62,615 nucleotides of DNA from Nitrospirota bacterium (GTDB lineage: Bacteria > Nitrospirota > Thermodesulfovibrionia > Thermodesulfovibrionales > SM23-35): assembly GCA_013388435.1 (NCBI GenBank), contig JACAFE010000079.1, positions 1 to 62,615 of the forward strand, written 5' to 3'. The notes under the pieces were generated by a model, which was given only the letters and a program-made list of their open reading frames with translations, was not told where the DNA came from and made no database searches. How positions within the stretch are numbered: the stretch's first letter is position 1; the number at the start of each line of letters is the position of its first letter. Below, piece by piece: positions 1 to 9,435 of the stretch. The translations under genes and the position numbers were made by a program.

Positions 1-49
1 AATGTAATTTAAATAATGGAGATGTTAGAGAAAATTTATTTTTTATACA

Positions 50-108
50 ACCCCCTTTATCCCCCTTTTTTAAGGGGGAATTTCAGGGAGAGACCCTTTT
101 CCAAGGGG
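50..108. repeat. REP-like GC-stem palindrome TCCCCCTT-TTTT-AAGGGGGA with a degenerate second copy
   Basis: Perfect 8-bp stem at 60-67/72-79, preceded by ACCCCCTTTA; weaker copy CCCTTTTCCAAGGGG at 94-108. Confidence 0.6.
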
Positions 109-133
109 CTATAAAAACAAAAAATAGTTTTAT

Positions 134-228
134 AAATTCCAGTCGCCACAGCGACTAACTTCCAGTGCCGTTTTTCGGCACTCAATTCCAGACCCGCAAA
201 GCGGGTCTCACTTCCAATGCGAAGCATT
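134..228. repeat. Tandem array of four different hairpins, each preceded by a [AC]A[AC]TTCC linker
   Basis: AAATTCC-AGTCGC(caca)GCGACT-AACTTCC-AGTGCCG(ttttt)CGGCACT-CAATTCC-AGACCCGC(aaa)GCGGGTCT-CACTTCC-AATGC(gaa)GCATT, read directly from the sequence. Confidence 0.85.
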
Positions 229-236
229 AAATTTGT

Positions 237-263
237 TAAACGCAATAAACGCAACAAACGCTA
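237..263. repeat. 9-bp tandem repeat (TAAACGCAA x3, imperfect)
   Basis: TAAACGCAA TAAACGCAA CAAACGCTA. Confidence 0.75.
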
Positions 264-429
264 TTCGCTCTTTGCCTTCAGCATTTTTTATTAACTATGA
301 GCAATATCAGTATTATTAGGGATTAAAAGAAGAATGTTTTTTTGCTAAATAATGTAGAAATATTTGATAATATAAACATTATAATTTTACCCGGTTAAAT
401 TAAGAATAAAGCTATTAAGGAAGGTTTAA

Positions 430-2913
430 ATGAAAAACAAATATGAAAACGTTCCGCATTTGGGTGATAAACATAGAGAGAATATTAATGAAAAGGCTGA
501 TGTACAGTCAATTAAGCAGGCAATTCTTAATAACCTTTTCTATAATCTTGCAAGGCTTCCTCATTCAGCCACTGTTAATGACTGGTATCTTGCTATCTCT
601 TATACAATCAGGGACATGATGATTAAAAAATGGGTTAATTCTGTTCAGGAAATTACTGAAGATATAAAGGTTGTTGCTTTTTTGTCCGATGAATTTCTCT
701 CAGGCCCTCAACTCGAAATGAACATCATAAATCTTGATGTTTATTCTGAAGTGTCTCAAGCTGTTCAGGAATTAGGACTCAATCTGAATGAAATTAAAAC
801 GGCAGAAAACGAGCCGGGGCTTGGATATGGGAGAGCTGGAAGTTTTGCAGCTTCCTCTCTTGATTCACTTACTACACTCGGGATTCCTGCTATAGGATAC
901 GGAATCAGATATGAATTCGGACAATTTAAACAGGATTTTCAGGATGGATGGCAGATTGAAAAAACAGACAAATGGCTTAGTTCTGGAAATCCATGGGAAA
1001 TTTTAAGAGGCGATATTTCTTATACAGTAAATCTCGGTGGTACTACACAATCATACTATGATGAACATAATAATTTTAAAGTTAAGTGGACTCCGAAATT
1101 TGCTATAAAAGGAATTGCTTATGATATTCCTGTTACAGGTTACAAAACCAATAAAATAAATCTTGTTCGTCTCTGGAAGACAGAAGCTATTGAGTCTTTT
1201 GATTATGATGCATTTAACATGGGAGATTACCTCAGCCGTTTAAATGAAAAAATTGCCTCTGAATCAATAGGAAAGATTCTTTATCCTGATGATGAGCCAT
1301 ATCTTGGAAAACACCTCAGACTATCCCAGCAGTACTTTTTTGTTTCATGTGCTCTTCAGGATTTAATACGTCTTCATCTTTTAAGATGGAAAAATATACA
1401 TTCATTTTCTGATTCCTTTGCAATTCAATTAAATAGCGCAAATCCAGCTATCGCAGTTGCAGAATTGATGAGACTCTTGATTGACGAGCATCAGGTTGAT
1501 TGGGATAGAGCATGGTATATTACTCAGAATAGTTTCTCATATACCAATTATGCTGTTGTTCAAGAAGCTCTTAAAAAATGGCCTCTGCCCATATTTGCAA
1601 GCATTCTTCCAAGACATATTGAAATCATATACGAAATAAACAAAAGATTTTTAGACGAGATATGGCTGAAATATCCGAATAACAATGAAAAACTATCTCG
1701 CCTTTCCATAATTGATGAAAATGACCAGAAATATGTAAGAATGGCGCATCTCGCTTCACTCGGCAGTCATATTATTAATGGCATCTCGGAACGTCATACT
1801 GAATTACTTAAGGAAAACCTTATTCCTGATATTTTCGAACTCTATCCCGAGAGGTTTCGCAACATTACAGGTGGTGTGTCACACAGGAGATGGCTGCTGT
1901 TGAGCAATCCCGAACTTGCCGAGCTTATTTCCGGGACAATTGGGGATAAATGGATAAAAAGTTTTAACGGGATAAAACAACTTGAAGCCTTCTCAAATGA
2001 CCCGGGGCTTATCAAAAAATGGCAGGAAGTAAAATTTAAGAATAAGAATAAACTTGCTGACTTTATTAAACGATACAATGGTGATTCAATTGATACTTCA
2101 GCAATTTTTGATGTACAGGCAGGCAGGATACATGAGCAAAAAAGACAGCATCTGAATTTATTGCATATAATAACTCTATTCAATCGCGTAAAAAAAGAGC
2201 CTTCATTAAATATAAATCCGCGAGTTTTTATATTCAGCGGAAAAGCAGCACCCGGATATTTCATCGCAAATCTTATTGTTAAACTTATTAATTCTGTTGC
2301 TGAAATAATCAACAAGGACCCTGATGTTGCCGGTAGAATTAAAGTTATTTTCTTGCCGGATTTTAATGTAGAAAAAGCACAGATAATTTTTCCTGCGACT
2401 GATATTGCAGAGCAGATCTCAACCGCAGGCAAGGAATCTTTTTCTTCGAGTCATATTAAATTTTTAATGAATGGAGCGCTTTCTATTTGCACTATTAATG
2501 GCGGGATAGATGAAATTTGCAGGGAAATCGGAGATGATAATTACTTCAGGTTCGGGTTAAGTCCGCAACAGATAAGTGAAAAGAAAACCAATGGATATAA
2601 TCCAATGGAATATTATAATTCTAATTCTGAACTCAAAGACGCAATAAATCTAATAAGTTCAGGATTCTTCCACAAAAAAGACCCGGCACTTTTTAAACCA
2701 TTAATTGACTCCTTGTTATGTAGAGATGAGCAGATGGTGCTTGCGGATTATCAATCATATATTGAATGTCAGACAAATGCTGAGAAACTATTCAGGGATA
2801 AAAAAACATGGACAAAAAGGTCAATATTGACAGTGGCTGGAATGGGTTATTTTTCATCCGACCGAATGATTTCAGAATACAATAATCTAATCTGGTACGC
2901 ATCAACTTCCTAA
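430..2913 (+). CDS. glgP: Glycogen/starch phosphorylase family protein (GT35) with degenerate active-site motifs
   Basis: 827 aa; GYGIRYEFG, LYPDD, RMAHL, RRWL, RIHEQKRQHLN, FSGKAAPGY, EQISTAGKE and FSSDR motifs; AAGGAAGG RBS. Confidence 0.9.
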   Translation: MKNKYENVPHLGDKHRENINEKADVQSIKQAILNNLFYNLARLPHSATVNDWYLAISYTIRDMMIKKWVNSVQEITEDIKVVAFLSDEFLSGPQLEMNIINLDVYSEVSQAVQELGLNLNEIKTAENEPGLGYGRAGSFAASSLDSLTTLGIPAIGYGIRYEFGQFKQDFQDGWQIEKTDKWLSSGNPWEILRGDISYTVNLGGTTQSYYDEHNNFKVKWTPKFAIKGIAYDIPVTGYKTNKINLVRLWKTEAIESFDYDAFNMGDYLSRLNEKIASESIGKILYPDDEPYLGKHLRLSQQYFFVSCALQDLIRLHLLRWKNIHSFSDSFAIQLNSANPAIAVAELMRLLIDEHQVDWDRAWYITQNSFSYTNYAVVQEALKKWPLPIFASILPRHIEIIYEINKRFLDEIWLKYPNNNEKLSRLSIIDENDQKYVRMAHLASLGSHIINGISERHTELLKENLIPDIFELYPERFRNITGGVSHRRWLLLSNPELAELISGTIGDKWIKSFNGIKQLEAFSNDPGLIKKWQEVKFKNKNKLADFIKRYNGDSIDTSAIFDVQAGRIHEQKRQHLNLLHIITLFNRVKKEPSLNINPRVFIFSGKAAPGYFIANLIVKLINSVAEIINKDPDVAGRIKVIFLPDFNVEKAQIIFPATDIAEQISTAGKESFSSSHIKFLMNGALSICTINGGIDEICREIGDDNYFRFGLSPQQISEKKTNGYNPMEYYNSNSELKDAINLISSGFFHKKDPALFKPLIDSLLCRDEQMVLADYQSYIECQTNAEKLFRDKKTWTKRSILTVAGMGYFSSDRMISEYNNLIWYASTS

Positions 2914-2964
2914 TAGAATTTGCATTATTTCAATCTCATTTTTTTGATTTATAATGAGGTGGGG

Positions 2965-2993
2965 GAGGGGCCTTTTAGGGGGAAAGGCCCCTC
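2965..2993. terminator. GC-rich hairpin between the convergent glgP and ftsZ genes
   Basis: GAGGGGCCTTT (2965-2975) pairs with AAAGGCCCCTC (2983-2993); no clear U-tract. Confidence 0.5.
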
Positions 2994-3005
2994 TCTGGAG
3001 GGAAA

Positions 3006-4184
3006 TTATGCTTCCTGTTGGGGTTGGGGAGATTTTCGCAAAAATGTGGGGACATCTATATGATCGTCATACGACATTATGTCAGACGTTTTTAAATCAA
3101 TACCATATTTTGTTTTGAGATCCTTGGATAAAACTCTTTCAGAACCTCTTAAACTAACAGTCTGTTTTACATGCTGAGGCGCGGGGCTCCATTTCTTAAC
3201 CTGAGGCAGTTCAACTTTTTCTTTTTGGTCATTGAATCCTGTCGCTATAACTGTTACCCTTACTTCATCTGTAATATCAGGATCAATAACCGCACCAAAT
3301 ATTAAGTGGACTTCTTCATGTGCAGAATCATAAATGTAAGAAACAGCATCCTGTACATCATTAAGAGCGAGTTCCATCCCTCCTGTTATATTAACCAGAA
3401 TTCCTTTTGCGCCTTCGATTGAAGATTCTTCAAGCAATGGATTTAATATAGCTTTTTTAGCTGCATCGAGTGCTCCTGTGTCACCTCTTCCTACACCTGT
3501 TCCCATTACTCCTCTGCCCTGATTCTGAATGATAGTTTTCACATCCGCAAAGTCCACATTGATTAGACCCGGGATAAGAATAATATCAGAAATTCCCTGT
3601 ACTGCTTGTTTTAAAACATCGTTTGCTACAGCAAATGATTTAAGCAGCGGAGTCCCCTTTTCTACTACGAGCCCTATTTTATCGTTTGGTATTACTATTA
3701 ACGTATCAACATATTTTCGAAGTTCCTTGATGCCTTCTTCTGCGTTGTTATATCTGATTTTACCCTCATAGAAAAATGGTCTGGTAATTACTGCAATAGT
3801 AATTGCGCCAAGATCTCTTGCGATGCTTGCAATAACAGGACCTGCTCCTGTTCCTGTGCCGCCTCCCATTCCAGCAGTAATGAAGACCATGTCAGAACCT
3901 TCGAGATATTCTGCAATCAGACTGCTGTCTTCAAGAGCAGCTTCCCTTCCAATCTGGGGATTTGAGCCTGCGCCGAGACCTCTTGTAAGGTTTGCTCCAA
4001 TCTGAACTTTTAATGGAGCAAGAGAGGTTTCAAGAGCCTGCATATCAGTGTTTACAGCTATAAATTCAACTCCATGCAGGTTGCCTGCTATCATGTTGTT
4101 AATAGCATTGCCCCCTGCTCCTCCAACACCTACTACTTTAATTTTTGCTGCCTGTCCTTTTGTTTCTTCAATCTCAAAGATCAT
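3006..4184 (-). CDS. ftsZ: Cell division protein FtsZ
   Basis: GVGGAGGNA, tubulin signature GMGGGTGTG, NVDFAD, C-terminal DVPTFLRK. Confidence 0.99.
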   Translation of the reverse strand: MIFEIEETKGQAAKIKVVGVGGAGGNAINNMIAGNLHGVEFIAVNTDMQALETSLAPLKVQIGANLTRGLGAGSNPQIGREAALEDSSLIAEYLEGSDMVFITAGMGGGTGTGAGPVIASIARDLGAITIAVITRPFFYEGKIRYNNAEEGIKELRKYVDTLIVIPNDKIGLVVEKGTPLLKSFAVANDVLKQAVQGISDIILIPGLINVDFADVKTIIQNQGRGVMGTGVGRGDTGALDAAKKAILNPLLEESSIEGAKGILVNITGGMELALNDVQDAVSYIYDSAHEEVHLIFGAVIDPDITDEVRVTVIATGFNDQKEKVELPQVKKWSPAPQHVKQTVSLRGSERVLSKDLKTKYGIDLKTSDIMSYDDHIDVPTFLRKSPQPQQEA

Positions 4185-4212
4185 CTCTTCCCTCCTTCTT
4201 TAATTTTTATTT

Positions 4213-5436
4213 TCATCTGAAAATTCCTTTGACCCATTCTTTCATCTTTCCGAATATTCCTGTAAATGTTGCAGGATATATTTCCATCTCTCTTTCAACA
4301 TTGTAGCCATATAGAACCAGCCCTATTCCTGTTGAATACATAGGATTGCCGGTAATTTCTTTTTGACCATAAATTTTTGACGGCATTCCTATTCTTACAG
4401 GAAGCTTGAATATATCCGCTGCAAGCACATCAATGCCTGAAAGCAAAGAACCTCCTCCTGTCAGAACAACTCCTGATGAAGCTATCTCATATCCTGAACA
4501 TGCTTTTAATTCATTGTTTATAATGTCTATCAATTCTTCTGTACGTGGATAAATAATTTCACATAGTTGTAATCTTGGTATCATGACAATTTCACCAGAA
4601 CGCAAAATCTTTATTTCTTCGTATTCATCAATTGCTGTTAAAACAGCATGACCGTATTTTTTCTTTATTTTTTCTGCTTCGTTAATTGATATTCCGAGTC
4701 CTACAGCTATATCGTTTGTAAAATGATTTCCTCCAACAGCAAGAACCGATGTATGCCTGAGCCATCCATCCCTGTAAAGTATTACATCTGTAGTGCCTCC
4801 ACCTATATCCACAACAGCAACTCCGAGTTCTTTTTCTTCTTCGGTCAATATAGCTTCGGCTGAAGCAAGCGGCTCAAAAACAATATCTATTACTTCGAGA
4901 CCTGCTTTTTCGCAGCATTTAAGTAAGTTCTGCACAGATGTAATTGCGCCTGTAAGAATATATACTTTTGCCTCAAGTCTTGTGCCAATCATCCCAACAG
5001 GGTCTTTTATACCGTTCAATCCATCAATACTGTATCCGGTTGGAATTACATGTAAGACTTCTCTATCAAGTGGAACATATACAGCTTTTGCTGAATCTAT
5101 AACTCTTTCAACATCATCATTTGTGACTTCTTTGCCGCGCACACCCGAAACGCCAATGCTGTTAATACCCTTAATATGACCTCCTGATATGCCGACATAG
5201 ACAGAGTTTATTTCAACTCCTGAAACACTTTCCGCGGTCTCTACTGCTTTGCGAATAGAGTTAACAGTTGCCTCGATATTTACAACAACTCCTTTTCTGA
5301 GTCCTGTTGATGGTGATGAGCTAACACCGAGTATTTCGATCTTATTATTTATTACTTCACCAACAACAACGCAAATTTTTGTTGTTCCGACATCAAGTCC
5401 AACAATTATGTTTCCATGTGTAGTGCCGCCAGCCAT
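4213..5436 (-). CDS. ftsA: Cell division protein FtsA
   Basis: GLDVGTTK, VDIGGGTTD, VLTGGG, C-terminal amphipathic helix; upstream of ftsZ. Confidence 0.98.
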   Translation of the reverse strand: MAGGTTHGNIIVGLDVGTTKICVVVGEVINNKIEILGVSSSPSTGLRKGVVVNIEATVNSIRKAVETAESVSGVEINSVYVGISGGHIKGINSIGVSGVRGKEVTNDDVERVIDSAKAVYVPLDREVLHVIPTGYSIDGLNGIKDPVGMIGTRLEAKVYILTGAITSVQNLLKCCEKAGLEVIDIVFEPLASAEAILTEEEKELGVAVVDIGGGTTDVILYRDGWLRHTSVLAVGGNHFTNDIAVGLGISINEAEKIKKKYGHAVLTAIDEYEEIKILRSGEIVMIPRLQLCEIIYPRTEELIDIINNELKACSGYEIASSGVVLTGGGSLLSGIDVLAADIFKLPVRIGMPSKIYGQKEITGNPMYSTGIGLVLYGYNVEREMEIYPATFTGIFGKMKEWVKGIFR

Positions 5437-6191
5437 TATTTAATCACCTTTTCAATTACAGGTTTTACAAAAGCTCTCCCTGAAAATCTGAGGTCAATAT
5501 AATCAACATGTATGCCCATATTTTTAATGTCTTCTTCGAGTTTGAGTAACTTGTCAAGTTTTTCTTCATATTGTCCTTCCCCTATTTTTACTTCAAGTCC
5601 GTCAATAACTGCTGTTATTTCATGAGGCTTATATGCTTTAATCTCGATGTGTTCTCTTTGCGTGGACAGGCCTTTTCGATTCATTGCATTCGCAAGATTA
5701 ATAGCTTCTTTGAGTCCCTGCTTATCCCTGAATGGATCCCCGGTTATCACTGGAAGAAAAGGAACAGATTTGTCTCTGATCTCTTCAAGAAGATTCCCCT
5801 GATCATCTATAAGAAAAAGATGTTCATTCATCTCGAGAAGAGCAAAAGGCTCTGCTTCTTTTATTGTTATTAATAGGGTGCTGGGAAATATTTTTTTGAT
5901 ATTCACTGATTTTATCCATGGGGATTTCAACATCCTTTTGCAAATATCTTCGTTTGAGAATGAAAGAAGACTCTCTCCTTTTTTAATGCATGAAAATGCT
6001 TTTAGTTCGTCATCAGTAAGATGTCTGTTTCCTGAAAAAAGGAAGTGTTTCACAGGAAATACAAATTTAAAAGGATTTGAATAAATTAAAAGATATAAAG
6101 AAACGGCAGCCAATATTATCAATATCATAGAAATTGCGTTTCTTAATATTATTAAAATATTCCTGTGTTTCCTGAATCTATTAATCTTCAT
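5436..6191 (-). CDS. ftsQ: Cell division protein FtsQ/DivIB
   Basis: One TM helix, POTRA-like region (GNRHL...PWIKSV..FPSTL), YIDLRF tail; position in dcw cluster. Confidence 0.92.
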   Translation of the reverse strand: MKINRFRKHRNILIILRNAISMILIILAAVSLYLLIYSNPFKFVFPVKHFLFSGNRHLTDDELKAFSCIKKGESLLSFSNEDICKRMLKSPWIKSVNIKKIFPSTLLITIKEAEPFALLEMNEHLFLIDDQGNLLEEIRDKSVPFLPVITGDPFRDKQGLKEAINLANAMNRKGLSTQREHIEIKAYKPHEITAVIDGLEVKIGEGQYEEKLDKLLKLEEDIKNMGIHVDYIDLRFSGRAFVKPVIEKVIK

Positions 6192-7095
6192 CTTCGATAC
6201 TCTTCAAAATTTCTTCGACTAATTCTTGAAAATTCATTCCTGCTTGCATAGCTATTTTTGGAAGCAGGCTTGTTTCTGTCATTCCGGGTATTGTATTAAC
6301 TTCAAGAACAAATGGATTGCCTTTGTTGTCTATTCTTAAATCAACTCTTGTGGCTCCTCTGCAGCCGAGTGCAAGGTGTGCTTTCAGGGCTTCTTCTGCA
6401 GCTCTTTCATAAACAGACTGTTCAAGTTCAGGAGGAAGTATATACTGGGTAAGCCCTGATGTATATTTTGCTTCATAGCTGTAAAACTCGAGAGATGGTC
6501 TGACTTCTACCCCGCCAAGAATTTTATTTTTTAAAATGCCTATTTGAACTTCCTTGCCTTCTATATATTTTTCGACAATCACCCTGTTGCCGAAAGAAAA
6601 TGCATTTTCAAGAGCAGCACCGAGTTTTTCTTTCTCTTTTAAGATAGTAACCCCTATACTTGAGCCTTCTGTCGCTGGTTTAACAACCCATGGCATTCCA
6701 AAAGGCACATCATATTTAAGAGCAGGTTTTTTTATGACCACAAATTCAGGCACCTGTACCTTAAAATTCATGAAAATCTGTTTTGAGGCTTCCTTATCCA
6801 TTGCAAGCGCTGATGCAAGCACTCCCGAACCTGTATAAGGAATTCCCATAACTTCAAGCATTCCCTGAACAGCTCCGTTCTCACCCCAGCCGCCATGTAG
6901 AACAGGGAATGCTATTTCAATGCCTTCTTTAATTAATAATGAACATAAATCCTTCTGAGCATCTATTAAGACTGCATTATATCCAATGGCTTTCAATGCA
7001 TTAAAAACCGCTGCTCCACTTCTTAGAGATACTTCTCTTTCTGCTGAAACTCCTCCGAATAATACGCCTATTTTTTTATCCTTCAGCAATCTCAT
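6181..7095 (-). CDS. ddl: D-alanine--D-alanine ligase
   Basis: [34 protein letters not shown]. Confidence 0.97.
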   Translation of the reverse strand: MRLLKDKKIGVLFGGVSAEREVSLRSGAAVFNALKAIGYNAVLIDAQKDLCSLLIKEGIEIAFPVLHGGWGENGAVQGMLEVMGIPYTGSGVLASALAMDKEASKQIFMNFKVQVPEFVVIKKPALKYDVPFGMPWVVKPATEGSSIGVTILKEKEKLGAALENAFSFGNRVIVEKYIEGKEVQIGILKNKILGGVEVRPSLEFYSYEAKYTSGLTQYILPPELEQSVYERAAEEALKAHLALGCRGATRVDLRIDNKGNPFVLEVNTIPGMTETSLLPKIAMQAGMNFQELVEEILKSIEDED

Positions 7096-8014
7096 CTCTC
7101 CCGATTATTTTGATTTCTGGTTCAAGAATGATGCCTGTCTTTCTTTTTACCCTGTATAAAACAATTTCCATGAGTTTTAAGAAATCATCGGCTTTTGCCC
7201 TACCTTTGTTTATAAAAAAGTTTGCATGCAAATTACTGACTTCGACATCTCCAACCCTCAACCCTTTACACCCGGCTTCTTCTATTAATCGCCCTGCGTA
7301 AAGTCCCGGAGGATTTTTAAAGACACATCCTGCTGATGGCTCCCAGATAGGTTGTTTTTCTTTTTTAATTTTCAAAAAATCCCCGATTTTTTCGGCAATC
7401 TCTTTTTTGTCGCCTTTTTTCAATTTAATTTCAGCGCCGATAATTATATTCCCAGAACTTATGCCTGAGGTTCTGTATCCAAAATTCAAAGAATCAGGAG
7501 TAAATCTTTTTATCAATCCTGCTTCATTCATGATGTCTATTGAATAAAGAACATCTTTTATTTCAAGTCCAAAAGAGCCTGCATTTCCATATATCGCTCC
7601 TCCAATTGTGCCCGGAATTCCAGCAAGTTCCTCAATTCCTTTATAACCATTTTCTTTGCAATAATTAACAAAACGTTGCAATAAAACTCCGGAGCCGGCA
7701 TAAATTATCACTGAATCACCATCTTCTTTTATCTTTGTTATATTCTTGAAAGACTTCAATGATATTACAGCTCCTTCAATCCCGTTATCTCTGACGAGAA
7801 TATTTGTTCCGCCACCTAAGGCAAAGAAAGGAATTCCATTATTTTTTAGATTAATTAAAATCCCTATCAGTGAAGGGATATCGGCTGGCAATGCATATAT
7901 ATCCGCATTGCCCCCTATTCTTAAAGAAGTGTGACTGCTCATTGGTTCCATGAACTTAATTTCACCTTCAAAAAGGCTGCCGGAAAATATTTCCCTTAAT
8001 TCAGGTTTAATCAT
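7076..8014 (-). CDS. murB: UDP-N-acetylenolpyruvoylglucosamine reductase
   Basis: [39 protein letters not shown]. Confidence 0.97.
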   Translation of the reverse strand: MIKPELREIFSGSLFEGEIKFMEPMSSHTSLRIGGNADIYALPADIPSLIGILINLKNNGIPFFALGGGTNILVRDNGIEGAVISLKSFKNITKIKEDGDSVIIYAGSGVLLQRFVNYCKENGYKGIEELAGIPGTIGGAIYGNAGSFGLEIKDVLYSIDIMNEAGLIKRFTPDSLNFGYRTSGISSGNIIIGAEIKLKKGDKKEIAEKIGDFLKIKKEKQPIWEPSAGCVFKNPPGLYAGRLIEEAGCKGLRVGDVEVSNLHANFFINKGRAKADDFLKLMEIVLYRVKRKTGIILEPEIKIIGRDEIAEG

Positions 8015-9435
8015 TATCTAAAATCTTTCTTGTTCAATATATAAAGAATTTCCTCGCCTATTTTCCAGACATCACCAGCGCCGAGTGTAAGAAGAACATC
8101 TCCTTCTTTTAATTCCAATGAAATTTGTTCAGCTGCTTTCTGTCTGTTCTGTAAATAAAGAACTTTGTTTTTCCCTTTATTTTTTATTTTTTCAACAAGT
8201 CTCTGTGAATTTATTCCTTCAACAGGCTTTTCTCCTGCAGGATATATATCAAGCACAAAAAGCATATCCGCATCATCAAAAGACTCAGAAAATTCATCCA
8301 GTAGATCTTTTGTTCTTGAATAACGGTGAGGCTGAAACAACACAAAAAGACTGCCGGATTTTTTATTTGATGGCAAATTCTCGAAAATACCTTCCTTTAT
8401 TGCTCTTAAGGTCGCTTTAATTTCAGCGGGATGATGTCCATAATCATCATAAATCATGATTCCGTTTTGTTCGCCTTTGAATTCAAGTCTTCTCTGTATT
8501 CCACTGAAATTTTCTAATGCGTTTCTGATTATGTCTACATCCATCTGTAAAGTTATACCACAACCTATTGCTGCAAGTCCGTTCAAGACATTATGAACAC
8601 CAGGCAAGCGCATCTTAAATTCACCGAGATATTTATTTTTATGAAGTACATCAAAATTTACAGACATAAAACCTTTTTTAATATTTACTGCACGCAATTC
8701 AGCTTCTTCAGAAAAGCCATATGTCATATACTTTCTGTGTATAAGAGGTAATATTTCTTTTATATGCTGATTTTCAATACAAACTATTGATGTCCCATAA
8801 AACGGCACTTTATTTATAAATTCGAGAAAAGCCTTTTTCAGGGAATCCATATTCTTGAAAAAATCCATATGTTCCCTGTCAATATTTGTAACGACCCCTA
8901 TGGTTGGCGAAAGCTTAAGAAAAGAGCCGTCACTTTCATCTGCTTCTGCTACAAGAAATTCACCTTTGCCCAATACAGCATTTTTGCCTGTAGCCTTAAG
9001 TCTTCCACCAATGACAACTGTTGGATCAAAATTTCCTTCTGTCAATAAAGTTGATATTAATGATGTTGTCGTTGTTTTTCCATGTGCTCCTGCAACAAGC
9101 ACTGAGTATTTTAAACGGGCTAATTCAGCTAACATTTCTGCTCTCGGTATAACAGGGATCGATTTTTTTCTTGCTTCAACAACTTCTGGATTGTCATCTT
9201 TAACAGCAGATGAAATAACAAGAACATGTGCATCATCAACATTTTTTTTATCATGTCCTATGTAAATTTTTATTCCGAGAGTTTGAAGTCTTTTTGTCGT
9301 TTGAGACTCGTTCAAATCAGAACCGGTTACTTCATACCCGAGATTGCGAAGGAGTTCAGCTATACCAGACATTCCAATGCCGCCTATACCAACAAAATGT
9401 ATTATTCTGTATCGTTCAAACACTCTTAACCCCAC
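8014..9435 (-). CDS. murC: UDP-N-acetylmuramate--L-alanine ligase (start may be GTG at 9423)
   Basis: GIGGIGMSG, GAHGKTTT, EADESD, DDYGHHP, FQPHRYSR. Confidence 0.98.
   Translation of the reverse strand: MGLRVFERYRIIHFVGIGGIGMSGIAELLRNLGYEVTGSDLNESQTTKRLQTLGIKIYIGHDKKNVDDAHVLVISSAVKDDNPEVVEARKKSIPVIPRAEMLAELARLKYSVLVAGAHGKTTTTSLISTLLTEGNFDPTVVIGGRLKATGKNAVLGKGEFLVAEADESDGSFLKLSPTIGVVTNIDREHMDFFKNMDSLKKAFLEFINKVPFYGTSIVCIENQHIKEILPLIHRKYMTYGFSEEAELRAVNIKKGFMSVNFDVLHKNKYLGEFKMRLPGVHNVLNGLAAIGCGITLQMDVDIIRNALENFSGIQRRLEFKGEQNGIMIYDDYGHHPAEIKATLRAIKEGIFENLPSNKKSGSLFVLFQPHRYSRTKDLLDEFSESFDDADMLFVLDIYPAGEKPVEGINSQRLVEKIKNKGKNKVLYLQNRQKAAEQISLELKEGDVLLTLGAGDVWKIGEEILYILNKKDFR

Noticed and set aside
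134-228. CRISPR array interpretation
   Set aside because: The constant part is only 7-8 nt, the variable parts are 13-19-nt palindromes, and there are no cas genes in the window
57-257. 66-aa minus-strand ORF
   Set aside because: It is a translation of the palindrome, hairpin and 9-mer repeats, with no RBS or recognisable protein features
430-2913. Calling glgP a pseudogene
   Set aside because: There is no frameshift, internal stop or truncation and the RBS is intact; reported as a candidate pseudoenzyme instead
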